Shown here piece by piece: positions 27,751 to 37,572 of a stretch of 64,000 nucleotides of DNA. Origin of the DNA: an uncultured Verrucomicrobiae bacterium (GTDB taxonomy: Bacteria; Verrucomicrobiota; Verrucomicrobiia; Chthoniobacterales; JAFAMB01); contig CAVXLD010000001.1 in the NCBI GenBank assembly GCA_963762565.1, forward strand, positions 1,158,286-1,222,285, given 5' to 3'. The position numbers and the translations under genes are program-made. The notes under the pieces were generated by a model, which worked only from the letters and a program-made list of their open reading frames with translations, had not been told where the DNA came from and did no database searches. The stretch's first letter is position 1, and each line of letters opens with the position of its first letter.

Positions 27751-29565
27751 TTAACTCTTGCGGGTGAACCCGTCGGCGCTCCACTCTTCGCTCCCGACGC
27801 CATGATGGACAAAGAATAGGCCGGTTGGATCGTATTTGTTTTTGATGGCGCGTAGACGCGAATAATTCGGGCCCCAGAACGATTCCTGCCACGAATTCTC
27901 GAAGTAATTGGTCTCTGAAACGTAAGAGGCTGGTTGGGGAACGATTTTTCTGAGCTCGTTCATGGCCTGGGCGATTTTGATCGCGTTTTGACGAGCGGCC
28001 GACACATCGGGTTCATGGCCGGCGATACCGGGATAAACCGGGTCTCCGCCACCTGCGATAATAACAAGAGCAAATGCATTTAGTACTGCTGGATTCGTGG
28101 CGGTATCGCGGGCGGCGGCAATTTCTTCTGGTGGTGCACCGGCTAACCCTTTGTTGAAGTGCAGTCCGACTCGCCAGTGGCGGGTCGCGGAAAAAAGAGC
28201 ATCGACCAGCCGCTCTGTGCTGTCCTTCGCTAGAAGAGTGTCCGGTAGCCAAATGGATTCATAGCCGTGCCAATACATTCCTACTTGGTTGTTGTCACCT
28301 GCCCACCAATAATGTTTATCGGATACACCTTCCCTGGAATCTGCTAACACCACTTCTGGTGCATTCTTTTTCCAAAAATCGAGATCCCAGTGGTGTCGGG
28401 CAGGGATGGCCGGAATAATTGGGCCCAACCGTATACTATAATCCGCCGGCGATTGGTTGATCCGATCGAAGAACGGTTTCCAGATACTCTCTGCTTCGGA
28501 TTTAGTGAGACCTTGGAACAGGAGCGTGATGGAGAGTTGATTGTTGCCGCCTAAGGACACGGTCTCACCCCAGTGGGGGTTAAACAACTGATCTCGATAG
28601 AATTCAATAAACCAGCCGATCAATTCCCGGAAAGCGGTATCCGAGTGTGCCTCGATCGTGGCGATCACTGTGCCGAACAATTCGGGAAGATCGCGGGTTC
28701 TTAAGGTTAGTTTTGTTAGTACGCCAAAACTGCCGCCGCCACCGCCTTTGATTGCCCAGAATAAATCGGAGTTAGTGCAGGCGTTAGCAACACGGACGGC
28801 GCCGTCTGCGGTCACAATTTCGGCCTCCAAAAGACCGGCCGCTGCCGTGCCGAATCGTTTTGAGTAGCTGCCAAATCCGCCCCCGTGAACCAGGCCGGCG
28901 ACACCGACGGTAGTACAACCGCCACCTTGGACATAGCGGCCGGCCTCGACAGTAACGGCGCGATAAACATCTATCCACATCGCACCGGATTCGACCGTGA
29001 CCGCGGCTTGCGGTGATTGGTGTTGGGCACATCCCTGGCCAACAAATGCGTCGTGTAAAACGATCTTGTTCATCGCCCGGGTCCAAATCAGGAGCGAGTC
29101 GGGCGCGTTTGATCCGCCGAGGTAACTGTGGCCGCCACCTTTCACGACCAACCGGAGATGGTTGGCCTGAGCAAAATTAACTCCGGCAACGACGTCATCG
29201 GTGGTCTGCGCAGCAATCGCATAAGCACTTGGACTGGAGATCCAGGCGTCGACCCAGCCCGTGCTTTGGGTAGCACCCGGTTGATCACCGACATAGAACG
29301 GGTTTTGCAGGTCTTTAATTATTTTGTCGCGAGCCGCAGCGGTCGTGTTTCCCGCAAGAACCGGTTCAACCTTAATCAGCCGGCCGTTTACCGTTTGATT
29401 TAGTTTTTCCCAACTCGCAGCATCGGGCCAATTTTTGTCGGAAGTGCGTACTCGCGAGGCAGGCGGGGTCGGTGAAGCGCCGCTGGCCGGTACCGAGAAA
29501 TAGCGCCAGAGTACGGACACAATCGGAAGTGTCGCCAAGCGTCTAAGGAAGCTTTTTCGGGTCAT
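27751..29565 (-). CDS. Secreted FAD-linked oxidase with berberine-bridge-enzyme (BBE) C-terminal domain
   Basis: VVKGGGHSYLGGS FAD_binding_4 motif. C-terminal YDPTGLFFVHHGVGSE. N-terminal signal-like RKSFLRRLATLPIV. Confidence 0.75.
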   Translation of the reverse strand: MTRKSFLRRLATLPIVSVLWRYFSVPASGASPTPPASRVRTSDKNWPDAASWEKLNQTVNGRLIKVEPVLAGNTTAAARDKIIKDLQNPFYVGDQPGATQSTGWVDAWISSPSAYAIAAQTTDDVVAGVNFAQANHLRLVVKGGGHSYLGGSNAPDSLLIWTRAMNKIVLHDAFVGQGCAQHQSPQAAVTVESGAMWIDVYRAVTVEAGRYVQGGGCTTVGVAGLVHGGGFGSYSKRFGTAAAGLLEAEIVTADGAVRVANACTNSDLFWAIKGGGGGSFGVLTKLTLRTRDLPELFGTVIATIEAHSDTAFRELIGWFIEFYRDQLFNPHWGETVSLGGNNQLSITLLFQGLTKSEAESIWKPFFDRINQSPADYSIRLGPIIPAIPARHHWDLDFWKKNAPEVVLADSREGVSDKHYWWAGDNNQVGMYWHGYESIWLPDTLLAKDSTERLVDALFSATRHWRVGLHFNKGLAGAPPEEIAAARDTATNPAVLNAFALVIIAGGGDPVYPGIAGHEPDVSAARQNAIKIAQAMNELRKIVPQPASYVSETNYFENSWQESFWGPNYSRLRAIKNKYDPTGLFFVHHGVGSEEWSADGFTRKS

Positions 29566-29603
29566 ACGTCGGAAATTCTCGAGTTAGCTAACTAGGGCGG
29601 AGC

Positions 29604-29646
29604 GAATGACAGATGACAAATTACAAATGACAGATGACAGATGCGG
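29604..29646. repeat. Heptamer array GACAGAT/GACAAAT/TACAAAT x5 (half element)
   Basis: Direct reading. Confidence 0.75.
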
Positions 29647-29652
29647 GGCCAG

Positions 29653-30429
29653 TCATCGGATCAGACCAGCTTGGAGACTCGCGAGCACGTCCTGATTGGT
29701 GCGCTCGAATTGCAGGGGAGTGACCGAGACCCGACCGTGTCCAATGGCGAAAGTCTCCGATCCAGGCGTGTCCCCTCGGGCTGAGCGTCGAAGGTGAAGC
29801 CAATGATATTCGAGGCTGCGGGGATCAATACCGGAGACGACGTCGACGTCCTCCATCAAGCCGGTTCCTTGAATGGTCAATTCGATCGGCCCCGCCTTAT
29901 CGGCAGGGACATCCGGAAAATTGATATTCAAAATTGAGCCTTGGCTCCAACCGCCTTTCGCGAACTGCCTGATCACCTTGGGAGCAAGCGCGCGAGCCGT
30001 GTCCCAACGCACCGCATTGCGATCGCTGAAGGCTTGGCTGAGAGCCATCGACGGGATCCCGAGTAACATACCGGTCATGGCCGCACCCACCGTTCCGGAA
30101 AAGACGGTTTCGATCCCGAGATTCGCGCCGCGGTTAATGCCCGACAGAATCAGGTCTGGTCTTCCCGACACCATCAGATGACGGACTGCCATGACCACAC
30201 AGTCGCCCGGCGTTCCGGAGACTGAGAATCGACGCTCCTCCTTCTGCGAGACCCGCAAAGGACTGTGCAGGCTCAAAGAATGCGACGTCCCGCTTTGGTC
30301 GTAGTTCGGGGCAACGATCCAAACCTCTTCAGCCAGTTCCTCTGCCACCTCAGTCAAAATCCGAAGGCCAGGAGCATCGAATCCGTCGTCGTTCGTGAGT
30401 AGTACTCTTGAGATGAGATGAGATGTCAT
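29653..30429 (-). CDS. surE: 5'/3'-nucleotidase SurE
   Basis: VLLTNDDGFDAPGLRIL N-terminus and GINRGANLG are characteristic SurE motifs. Confidence 0.85.
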   Translation of the reverse strand: MTSHLISRVLLTNDDGFDAPGLRILTEVAEELAEEVWIVAPNYDQSGTSHSLSLHSPLRVSQKEERRFSVSGTPGDCVVMAVRHLMVSGRPDLILSGINRGANLGIETVFSGTVGAAMTGMLLGIPSMALSQAFSDRNAVRWDTARALAPKVIRQFAKGGWSQGSILNINFPDVPADKAGPIELTIQGTGLMEDVDVVSGIDPRSLEYHWLHLRRSARGDTPGSETFAIGHGRVSVTPLQFERTNQDVLASLQAGLIR

Positions 30430-30485
30430 GCAAAAGAATTTAAAGTCTCACGCAAAGACGAAAAGGCGCAAAGGTTAAAACGGAG

Positions 30486-31961
30486 TCACTTCACCAATTT
30501 CTGATTCCGATACAACGCCCGCCATTCGATCACCTCGGTAAGCAGTGTCTTTTCTACCCGCGCAACTACGCGCAGGACGCTGGTCCAACTCTTGGTTTGT
30601 TCCAGTTGTTTCCGATAATCGAGGATAAGTCGACGCATTTCGAGGAAACGCCGCCGGCGGCGTCCGTAATCATTTACGACGATCATGGCGCCGGTAACTG
30701 CCGCCAGTTGGTAAGCCAAGACCACTGCCAAACCTAGCCACGACATCCAACCGTTTGAAGGCAGTAAATGGAAGACTTGAGCCGTCATGACGAAGAAAAG
30801 GTTCCCGGCAATCGCCAAAACGACAGACCAGCGAATGATAACCTGAGCCCATGACATGACTCGATCGGCCCGGCGCGTCTGCCGGGAAAAATAGCTGCTC
30901 TGCTGGACGATCCGCTCCTCATGGTAGGATTCTTTAAACGAGGCAAAATCCGTTTTCTGATTCTTGAACCCGGCCAACATCTTGAGATGATTCAGAGCCT
31001 CCAGCATTCCGTGCAGCTCGGGAATCACCGCTTTATCAATCACATCGTAGCGGACCGGAGCATCCCACAGAGCAACGAATGAGCGCGAAACTTCCGCGGC
31101 GGCCCGAACCCTGGCCCAGCTTTCCTGTGTTTCTTTAGCTTTCAGAAACTTCGGGGCCAGCGCGGCGATTAAGCCAAGAAGGGCGCTGGTTCCAAATAAA
31201 AGGCTGGCCTGTTGCCGAAAAATGTAGGCTGCAACCGTGAGCACAGCGGCAGTGCCAGCACACAAGATGGGTGTCGCAGCAATCTTGCGAAACTGTGGAG
31301 CCACTCGATTTGCATTCTCATCGAGTTTTTGGAACCAAGCGATTGCCTGGTCCCGATAGGTACCTCCCGGCTTAACTTTTCGGTCGGGTAAGTTGTTGAG
31401 GAAAGTTAGCTCGGGATCATGCCAAGATCGGTCGCTTTCGTTCCAACGCGTTATTTCACCGGTTTCACTGTGAATCCAAATAACCGGTGTACCGAGATTT
31501 TTACAGCATTCCGCCATTTCCCCGGTGCCGCCGATTCCTTGGGCCGGGAGTCCATTCCATAACACAATCAATAGGCCGCTCTGCAAAATCGTTTCCAACC
31601 CACACTCATAGTAACAATGTGGGCGGCTGAGTCCCCCACCTACGACCTCGAAAGAGACCGCTCGCTCGAGCGCGTTTTCAGCGCGTTTCCAAGTCGCGGC
31701 TTCGAAATCTTCGCTGAACTGAGCCGGCGGCATCGGCAAAAGGACGCGCAACGGTATACCGAGCTCAAAACATGCTTCAGCAAAGAGTAGGTCGCCACCC
31801 GCTGCCAGGGACGAGAGACCGGAAACTCCGCCCGGCAGCTTCGAATTCCATTCACTTAGCACTTTCAAAATCATGTCCCGACACCCCGATTCGTCGGCCA
31901 GTTTCATATGTCCCGAAAAACCGATTTGCAGAGCGGGGGTTAATTTAACTTGGGACTTCAT
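30486..31961 (-). CDS. SLOG (LOG/YpsA-like Rossmannoid) domain fused to a SLATT-type transmembrane effector region (4 TM)
   Basis: N-domain SSLAAGGDLLFAEACFELGIPLRVLLP and GIGGTGEMAE resemble LOG-family GGGxG / PGGxGTxxE. The C-terminal half has two helix pairs: IAATPILCAGTAAVLTVAAYIF / LLFGTSALLGLIAALAP and WAQVIIRWSVVLAIAGNLFFVM / WMSWLGLAVVLAYQLAAVTGAMIVV. Confidence 0.6.
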   Translation of the reverse strand: MKSQVKLTPALQIGFSGHMKLADESGCRDMILKVLSEWNSKLPGGVSGLSSLAAGGDLLFAEACFELGIPLRVLLPMPPAQFSEDFEAATWKRAENALERAVSFEVVGGGLSRPHCYYECGLETILQSGLLIVLWNGLPAQGIGGTGEMAECCKNLGTPVIWIHSETGEITRWNESDRSWHDPELTFLNNLPDRKVKPGGTYRDQAIAWFQKLDENANRVAPQFRKIAATPILCAGTAAVLTVAAYIFRQQASLLFGTSALLGLIAALAPKFLKAKETQESWARVRAAAEVSRSFVALWDAPVRYDVIDKAVIPELHGMLEALNHLKMLAGFKNQKTDFASFKESYHEERIVQQSSYFSRQTRRADRVMSWAQVIIRWSVVLAIAGNLFFVMTAQVFHLLPSNGWMSWLGLAVVLAYQLAAVTGAMIVVNDYGRRRRRFLEMRRLILDYRKQLEQTKSWTSVLRVVARVEKTLLTEVIEWRALYRNQKLVK

Positions 31962-32152
31962 GGGGAGGACTAAGCGGAATCGTCAGCAGACGGGCCTAGT
32001 GTAGGACGCAGCTCAGCGATCTTTCGATGAAAAAGCGCCAAAACACATCCAGCCAGATTGCCTGCAGCGCCGAATCCGTGAGCGCTAGGAGTCGCCCTTC
32101 CGCCGGCACGCCTCCTGGCTCCTGGGTTCTGGCTCCTCTTCGTCAACTCCCA

Positions 32153-32920
32153 TCAGCCTTTTTTTGCGCTCCGCTTTTGATCGTGTTCAGAGATCCATTT
32201 CAATCCTTCCAGCCAGTGTTCATGGCTGAGGTGGGTAAACTCCGGGTAACTGGCTCTCTCCCAGCGCGACGCCATACCGGTAGCCACCTCTTCGAAAGTT
32301 ACCAGGCACTTTCGAGGCCCCATGGGTTTAATGAGCCAGTTGTGGTAGGAATCAACCAGTGGACCATGAATGGTCCAAGCTCGCCCGTAACTGCGCCAAC
32401 CGAGACGGTTCGGAGGATCGCATTCAATAACCAGGCCGTCGACTTTGTCAGGGGGGACTTGACCCAAGATTGGTAGCAGTTGAGGCACGTCGGAACTCAA
32501 CCAGGAAAACTTCGTATTCTTTTGCAATACCCGTGATCCACCCCAAATCTTGACCTTCCCCGCGTAAGGGCACCACTTAGGCCATAGCTCCGCGTGAACC
32601 AGGTGATCCCATACCGTTTCACAAGAAGCGTTTATCTCGATCTGGTTATGCGCAAAGACTTCTGCAGATCGATTAAACATGGCGGTGGGCCAATGCATCT
32701 CGGGTGACCGCTGGATCCAATCCCTGTTTATGGCATCACCGACAGGAGTGGGGGTCGGGGTGGCCTTCCCCGTCACTGTGATAGCCGGCAACGGGGTATC
32801 TCCTTGGGCGGCCGTCGCCACGATTAAGAGCAGCCCGCAAACCGCGAGCGGTAAGACGTAGTGATCACTAACAGTCAATTTGCGCGGATACACGCACCGG
32901 GGGTTTACTCGCCTATCCAT
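32153..32920 (-). CDS. SRPBCC (START/cyclase-dehydrase fold) protein with N-terminal anchor
   Basis: ELWPKWCPYAGKVKIWGG-type motif. TM/signal LPLAVCGLLLIVATAAQG. Confidence 0.5.
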   Translation of the reverse strand: MDRRVNPRCVYPRKLTVSDHYVLPLAVCGLLLIVATAAQGDTPLPAITVTGKATPTPTPVGDAINRDWIQRSPEMHWPTAMFNRSAEVFAHNQIEINASCETVWDHLVHAELWPKWCPYAGKVKIWGGSRVLQKNTKFSWLSSDVPQLLPILGQVPPDKVDGLVIECDPPNRLGWRSYGRAWTIHGPLVDSYHNWLIKPMGPRKCLVTFEEVATGMASRWERASYPEFTHLSHEHWLEGLKWISEHDQKRSAKKG

Positions 32921-33462
32921 AAGCCTGATTGCATTCACGTCCTGGGTGAGAGTAACGACCACAACGATACCGAAAACCGGGGTTCGGCCAAGAATTAGGA
33001 AATCGACCGGAAACTAAGACTTACGGCAAGACTCTATGAATCTGATTCGCTCTTGAGCAGTTCGCGGAAGGACCGCAGAATTTCAAGGTAGCTAAATCCA
33101 GGAATAAATCGGCCTCTGCCCGAGTCTTATTCTATGAGAGGACGAGATCGCGTTTTTGCTGTCGGTCTGTCACAAACCAAAGCTTGGATTCATAAAGAGA
33201 CGTTCCGCTATGCCCAGTCCCGAAACATCTAAGGAACAAAACGAGTCACTGCATGGTTCGCGCTGGGTAGTTCCCGGGAGCCGCCTGCTGCCCACTCCTG
33301 GAGCTGCCGGATTGCAAAGCGGCTCCCCTCCAGACGTTGGGCCGCGCTCAGGCTCCGGTGACGATCAACCGTTTCGGGGCGATGATGAGGCGGCTAGACC
33401 GAGCCTGATTGATAACTGGATCGATGCTTGATCCCCAGGGATCAGCGGAGCAAGGCCAGGGC

Positions 33463-33699
33463 AGCCATGAAATGGCGTAACAGAGCAGCCCAGGGCTTCA
33501 GCCCTGGGTATATTTGTCGTAACATCCGCCCTGAAAGGGCGGCCGAAATGCGCGACTTTGGACCCACATCCGTGGCGATCCACGCTCGTCCGATACTGCG
33601 CTACGTCCAAGGGATTCGGTGGCCCTTTCAGGGCCAATTCTATGGGACGCTTTCCCAGGCCTGAAGGCCTGGGCTGTTCTATTACGCCATTTCATGGCT
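33463..33699. mobile_element. 237-bp MITE-like element with 46-bp terminal inverted repeats
   Basis: Left end AGCCATGAAATGGCGTAACAGAGCAGCCCAGGGCTTCAGCCCTGGG. Right end CCCAGGCCTGAAGGCCTGGGCTGTTCTATTACGCCATTTCATGGCT (about 41/46 complementary). Internal hairpins CCGCCCTGAAAGGGCGG and GGCCCTTTCAGGGCC. Confidence 0.7.
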
Positions 33700-33707
33700 A
33701 CTACCAC

Positions 33708-34607
33708 CTACCTGCGCCTCAGCTCCTCTAATTCTTCCAAGGTACGCGGCCACTCAGATCCTAGCAGGCGGGACAAGCTGCGGTCGGCAAGGACTACTCC
33801 GCCGGTCTGACAGCGAGCACAATAATTGGTCTCGTTGTCGGCATAACGAATCCGCTGAACTTTTTCGCCACATCGCGGGCAGGGCTGGTTATAGCGGCCA
33901 TGTACTGCCATTTCTTTGCGAAAGGCAGTGACGTTTTCTGGAAAATCAGAGCCAGCTTCATTTTGCAGGCGATCAATCCAGAGCTCCAGCGTCTGTCGCG
34001 CCGCCATCAACAATCGCTCCCACTCTTCCAGCTTGAGTTTGCGAGTCATTGCTATCGGCGACAACTGCGCGGCATGTAAGATCTCATCTGAATAAGCGTT
34101 GCCAATACCATCTACTAACCGGGGATCAGTCAGAGCCCGTTTCAGCGTACGGTTTTCCGCGGTAAGCGCAGTGCGAAATGATTCTAGATCACTTTCGAAG
34201 ATATCGATCCCGCCCGGATCGGTTGAGCGGAGGCCGGCTTCGCCACCAAAAACGTGTAGCGACGCACGGCGCTTAGTGCCGGCCTCAGTTAATACCAGGG
34301 AACCGTTGGGGAAATCGAATGCCGCCAGGGTGTTGCGTCCCGCGATCGAAGCCGGCGGCAGTCGCCAATGAAGCCGGCCGGCAATCATGAGATGCAGCAC
34401 CAGCCATAGATCATTTTCTACTCCGATGGCAATTCGTTTGCCAATTCGCCTCAGGTCACGTACAACGCGGCCTTCTACCTCGCGAATCGGTGGTTCGGCG
34501 GTACGAAGTAGAAATGTGCTCGCGATTCGGACCCGCATAAGTCGCTCACCCAGTACCCTCGGCTTGAGCGCATTGATGTAGGTAACAATGTCCGGTAGCT
34601 CCGGCAT
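33708..34607 (-). CDS. Fpg/Nei family DNA glycosylase/AP lyase
   Basis: MPELPDI N-terminus. H2TH region. C-terminal zinc finger CPRCGEKV...YCARCQ. Confidence 0.85.
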   Translation of the reverse strand: MPELPDIVTYINALKPRVLGERLMRVRIASTFLLRTAEPPIREVEGRVVRDLRRIGKRIAIGVENDLWLVLHLMIAGRLHWRLPPASIAGRNTLAAFDFPNGSLVLTEAGTKRRASLHVFGGEAGLRSTDPGGIDIFESDLESFRTALTAENRTLKRALTDPRLVDGIGNAYSDEILHAAQLSPIAMTRKLKLEEWERLLMAARQTLELWIDRLQNEAGSDFPENVTAFRKEMAVHGRYNQPCPRCGEKVQRIRYADNETNYCARCQTGGVVLADRSLSRLLGSEWPRTLEELEELRRR

Positions 34608-34646
34608 GACTTAGAATCTGGCACAGGGAACGAGCGGGTACAGAGC

Positions 34647-34751
34647 TCAACCGCAGATGGACGCAGATTTACGCAGATAAAATGAAAAAGAACCAGGGGC
34701 CGCGACTCGCATGGTCTTTATCTGCGTAAATCTGCGTGCATCTGCGGTTGA
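34647..34751. repeat. Near-perfect 35-bp-arm hairpin of CGCAGAT words
   Basis: TCAACCGCAGATGGACGCAGATTTACGCAGATAAA ... TTTATCTGCGTAAATCTGCGTGCATCTGCGGTTGA. One mismatch. Confidence 0.85.
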
Positions 34752-34781
34752 ACTCCGTTTCCCCTCGTCCTCATTCGCTAT

Positions 34782-36617
34782 ATGGCTATGGTGAACGACC
34801 TCGCGATGGAAATCCTCCCCAGATTTTGGTGCGCTGCCGGCGCAATGATATTCTTTACGATGTCGAATGCCCTTGGATGGGCGCCGGCAGGCGGTCATAT
34901 GATGTCGAAATATGCAGCGGACGTGAACCCAAACTCGGTTTGGCCGGAATATCCACGCCCACAATTGATGAGGCCGAATTGGATTAACCTGAATGGGCTG
35001 TGGGATTACGCAGGTACTAACGACCAAGCCAACCCGCCGAATAAATGGGCCGGGCAAATTCTGGTGCCTTTCCCGATCGAATCGGCTTTGAGCGGAGTTT
35101 GCCAAGTGCTCAAACCGACTCAAACCTTATGGTATAAGCGCCAATTGGTTCTTTCTCCGCCAGGCAACGGACAACGCATTCTATTACATTTCGAAGCCGT
35201 AAACTACATCGCCGCGGTGATAGTGAACGGTAAACTCGTTGGTGAACATCAAGGCGGTTATGATCCGTTTACGTTCGACATCACGGACGCATTGGCTGCC
35301 TCAGGAACTCAGGATCTTGTGGTCAAGGTAATCAATCCAACGGGCGAAGGGAAGTATCCCTATCAGCCCCGAGGCAAGTTAAGTTTAACCCCTGGCGGGA
35401 TCTTCTATACCGATGCTAGTGGCATCTGGCAGACGGTATGGATTGAAATCGTCCCGGCGACTTATATCGCGGATTTATTGATCGTGCCGGACATCGACAA
35501 CCAGAAGGCCCTGGTGACGGTTCAAGCGGGCGGCACTCGGCCGACTCAGCAACCGGACCAGGTAACCATTGAACTGACAGATAGCGAGGGAAAGAAGATC
35601 TCCACCGGTACCGGACTGGGTAACACGCCGATCGCATTGAACGTGGCTGATGCCCATCTTTGGTCTCCGGATGATCCCTATCTTTACAGGCTAAAGGTCA
35701 CCTACGGTTCCGACGTGGTGACGAGCTACTTGGGGATGCGCAAAGTCGAAATCAGCCAGGATGCAGATGGGATCCAGCGCATCTTTGTTAACCATAAGCC
35801 GCTATTCCTGTTTGGCCCCTTAGATCAAGGCTTTTGGCCGGATGGGATTTATCTCGCCCCCACGGATGCAGCCCTGCGGTCCGATCTCGAGTACGAAAAA
35901 ATGCTCGGCTGTAATATGGTTCGTAAACACGTTAAGGTAGAACCTCGGCGTTGGTATTACTGGGCGGACAAACTTGGGCTGCTGGTCTGGCAAGATTTTC
36001 CTTCTCCGCAGGATTTTGCTCAAAAACAAGGTACGGCGGATCGTACGCGGCCCGCGGATCAAGCCGCGCAGATTGAGAAAGAGATGAAGGCCATGGTCGA
36101 CACTCATCGGAACCATCCTTGCATCATGATGTGGGTCGTATTCAACGAAGGCTGGGGTCAGTACGATACGGTGCGGATCGCTAATCTGTTCAAGACTTGG
36201 GACTCGACCCGCCTGGTCGATGACTCCAGCGGCTGGAACGATTTCGGCGCCGGCGATGTCCTTGACGACCACACTTATCCCTGGCCAAAGCCGGTTGCAC
36301 ACCAGCGCAATCGCGCCAGTGTGTTAGGTGAATTTGGCGGCGCTGGTTTCCCCATCCCGGGTCACCTATGGAATCCGAACAGCCAGTTCTCGGATGAACA
36401 CGACCTGCCGAACGCGTCCGCTCAGCAACCTTTTATTATCGGCCGCTTGGAAACCGTAAAAGATCTGGCAACCAAAGGTCTTTCGGCGGCCGTGTACACT
36501 CAACTGAGCGACGTGGAAAACGAGGTCAACGGATTCTTAACTTATGACCGGACAACCGTGCAAAAAGCAAATCCGGATGCCGTTCGGCCTGCAGTGCGCA
36601 AGCTGTACGCGCCGTGA
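34782..36617 (+). CDS. Glycoside hydrolase family 2 protein
   Basis: WPEYPRPQLMRPNWINLNGLWDY, FEAVNYIAAVIVNG, MVRKHVKVE, MMWVVFNEGWGQ (the NE acid/base region). Start uncertain (34782-34899). Confidence 0.75.
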   Translation: MAMVNDLAMEILPRFWCAAGAMIFFTMSNALGWAPAGGHMMSKYAADVNPNSVWPEYPRPQLMRPNWINLNGLWDYAGTNDQANPPNKWAGQILVPFPIESALSGVCQVLKPTQTLWYKRQLVLSPPGNGQRILLHFEAVNYIAAVIVNGKLVGEHQGGYDPFTFDITDALAASGTQDLVVKVINPTGEGKYPYQPRGKLSLTPGGIFYTDASGIWQTVWIEIVPATYIADLLIVPDIDNQKALVTVQAGGTRPTQQPDQVTIELTDSEGKKISTGTGLGNTPIALNVADAHLWSPDDPYLYRLKVTYGSDVVTSYLGMRKVEISQDADGIQRIFVNHKPLFLFGPLDQGFWPDGIYLAPTDAALRSDLEYEKMLGCNMVRKHVKVEPRRWYYWADKLGLLVWQDFPSPQDFAQKQGTADRTRPADQAAQIEKEMKAMVDTHRNHPCIMMWVVFNEGWGQYDTVRIANLFKTWDSTRLVDDSSGWNDFGAGDVLDDHTYPWPKPVAHQRNRASVLGEFGGAGFPIPGHLWNPNSQFSDEHDLPNASAQQPFIIGRLETVKDLATKGLSAAVYTQLSDVENEVNGFLTYDRTTVQKANPDAVRPAVRKLYAP

Positions 36618-36629
36618 TGGTTAGGGATT

Positions 36630-36844
36630 CGTGGAGCGCTGCCTCGCTTGCGAGGCCGTGGTGACCGGAGCGATTTAGTCAGACATGCGCCGGCGTTGGC
36701 TTAAACTCTGTATCGTCCTCGGTTGAGTCGAAGATTTGGACTTCCACAGAAACCTACAAGCAATAGAGCACTGAACGGAAAGGGTAGTAATTGACCGCCC
36801 CTTCCTTGTTCACCACGGCCTCGCAAGCGAGGCAGCGCTCCACG
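36630..36844. mobile_element. 215-bp MITE-like element with perfect 34-bp terminal inverted repeats
   Basis: CGTGGAGCGCTGCCTCGCTTGCGAGGCCGTGGTG (36630-36663) is the exact reverse complement of 36811-36844. Confidence 0.8.
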
Positions 36845-36869
36845 GTTCCGACCGACGAGAACGAGGGGG

Positions 36870-37235
36870 TTAGCTCGATGACAGACAGAAGGTGTTTCCG
36901 TCAGGGTCCTTGAATAGCACATAGGTGCCCCAGGGTTGCTTTTCTGGTTCACCTAGGAACTCGACTCCGCGGGCCTTCAACTCGGCGTACGTCTTGTCGA
37001 TGTCGTCGCAGGTAAACACCACGTTTGAAAACGTCCCCACCCGATCCTCATGTCCCTCCGGAGTAAATAACACGACCCTGGTTTCAGCCTTCGGGGGTTT
37101 TAGCTCGATCCAACGCTGTTTGTCGTTGAATGGTTGATCTGTGAGGATTGAGAAGCCTAGCTTCTCGGTAAAAAAGTCGAGCGCACGATCCTGATCGCGA
37201 ACTGGCAGATTGACTAATTTGACGTGAGTTATCAT
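36870..37235 (-). CDS. VOC (glyoxalase/bleomycin-resistance fold) protein
   Basis: MITHVKLVNLPVRDQDRALDFFTEKLGF ... GTYVLFKDPDGNTFCL. Confidence 0.75.
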   Translation of the reverse strand: MITHVKLVNLPVRDQDRALDFFTEKLGFSILTDQPFNDKQRWIELKPPKAETRVVLFTPEGHEDRVGTFSNVVFTCDDIDKTYAELKARGVEFLGEPEKQPWGTYVLFKDPDGNTFCLSSS

Positions 37236-37345
37236 AAAACGGAGATGGGCTAACTGCAGACTGCTTAAAGCAGCCGCCATCTGAGCTCAAAGCCAAAAAG
37301 CGTTGCCTTGACCGAAAGTGGTGTACCGATTAACGGTACACGAGT

Positions 37346-37457
37346 AACGCCGTGATCGCCGGGATCGCCGGGAACGCCGCCGGGATCGCCGGCAACGCCG
37401 GGAACGGTGAGAAAAGACAGCCGAAACGGCGTATGGGCGAGTGGGCGAAACGGCGAC
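37346..37457. repeat. Short tandem repeats (GATCGCCGG/GAACGCCGG 9-mers; ATGGGCG words)
   Basis: Direct reading. It produces the artefactual Arg/Ser-rich ORF 37287-37574. Confidence 0.75.
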
Positions 37458-37572
37458 TCCTCCGGGCAGGTCGCGCAACCGTATGACGACTTCTTTAAGA
37501 TCCAATAATACCGGATTCAGCTCGATACGAACGTCGGTTTTTACATTGGAACGGTACGTTACCGAGGTACTC

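Noticed and set aside
27300-27812. 170-aa and other overlapping ORFs between the SDR and BBE genes
   Set aside because: They lie on the GC-rich MITE-like repeat in a convergent spacer and have low-complexity Arg/Pro/Ala composition.
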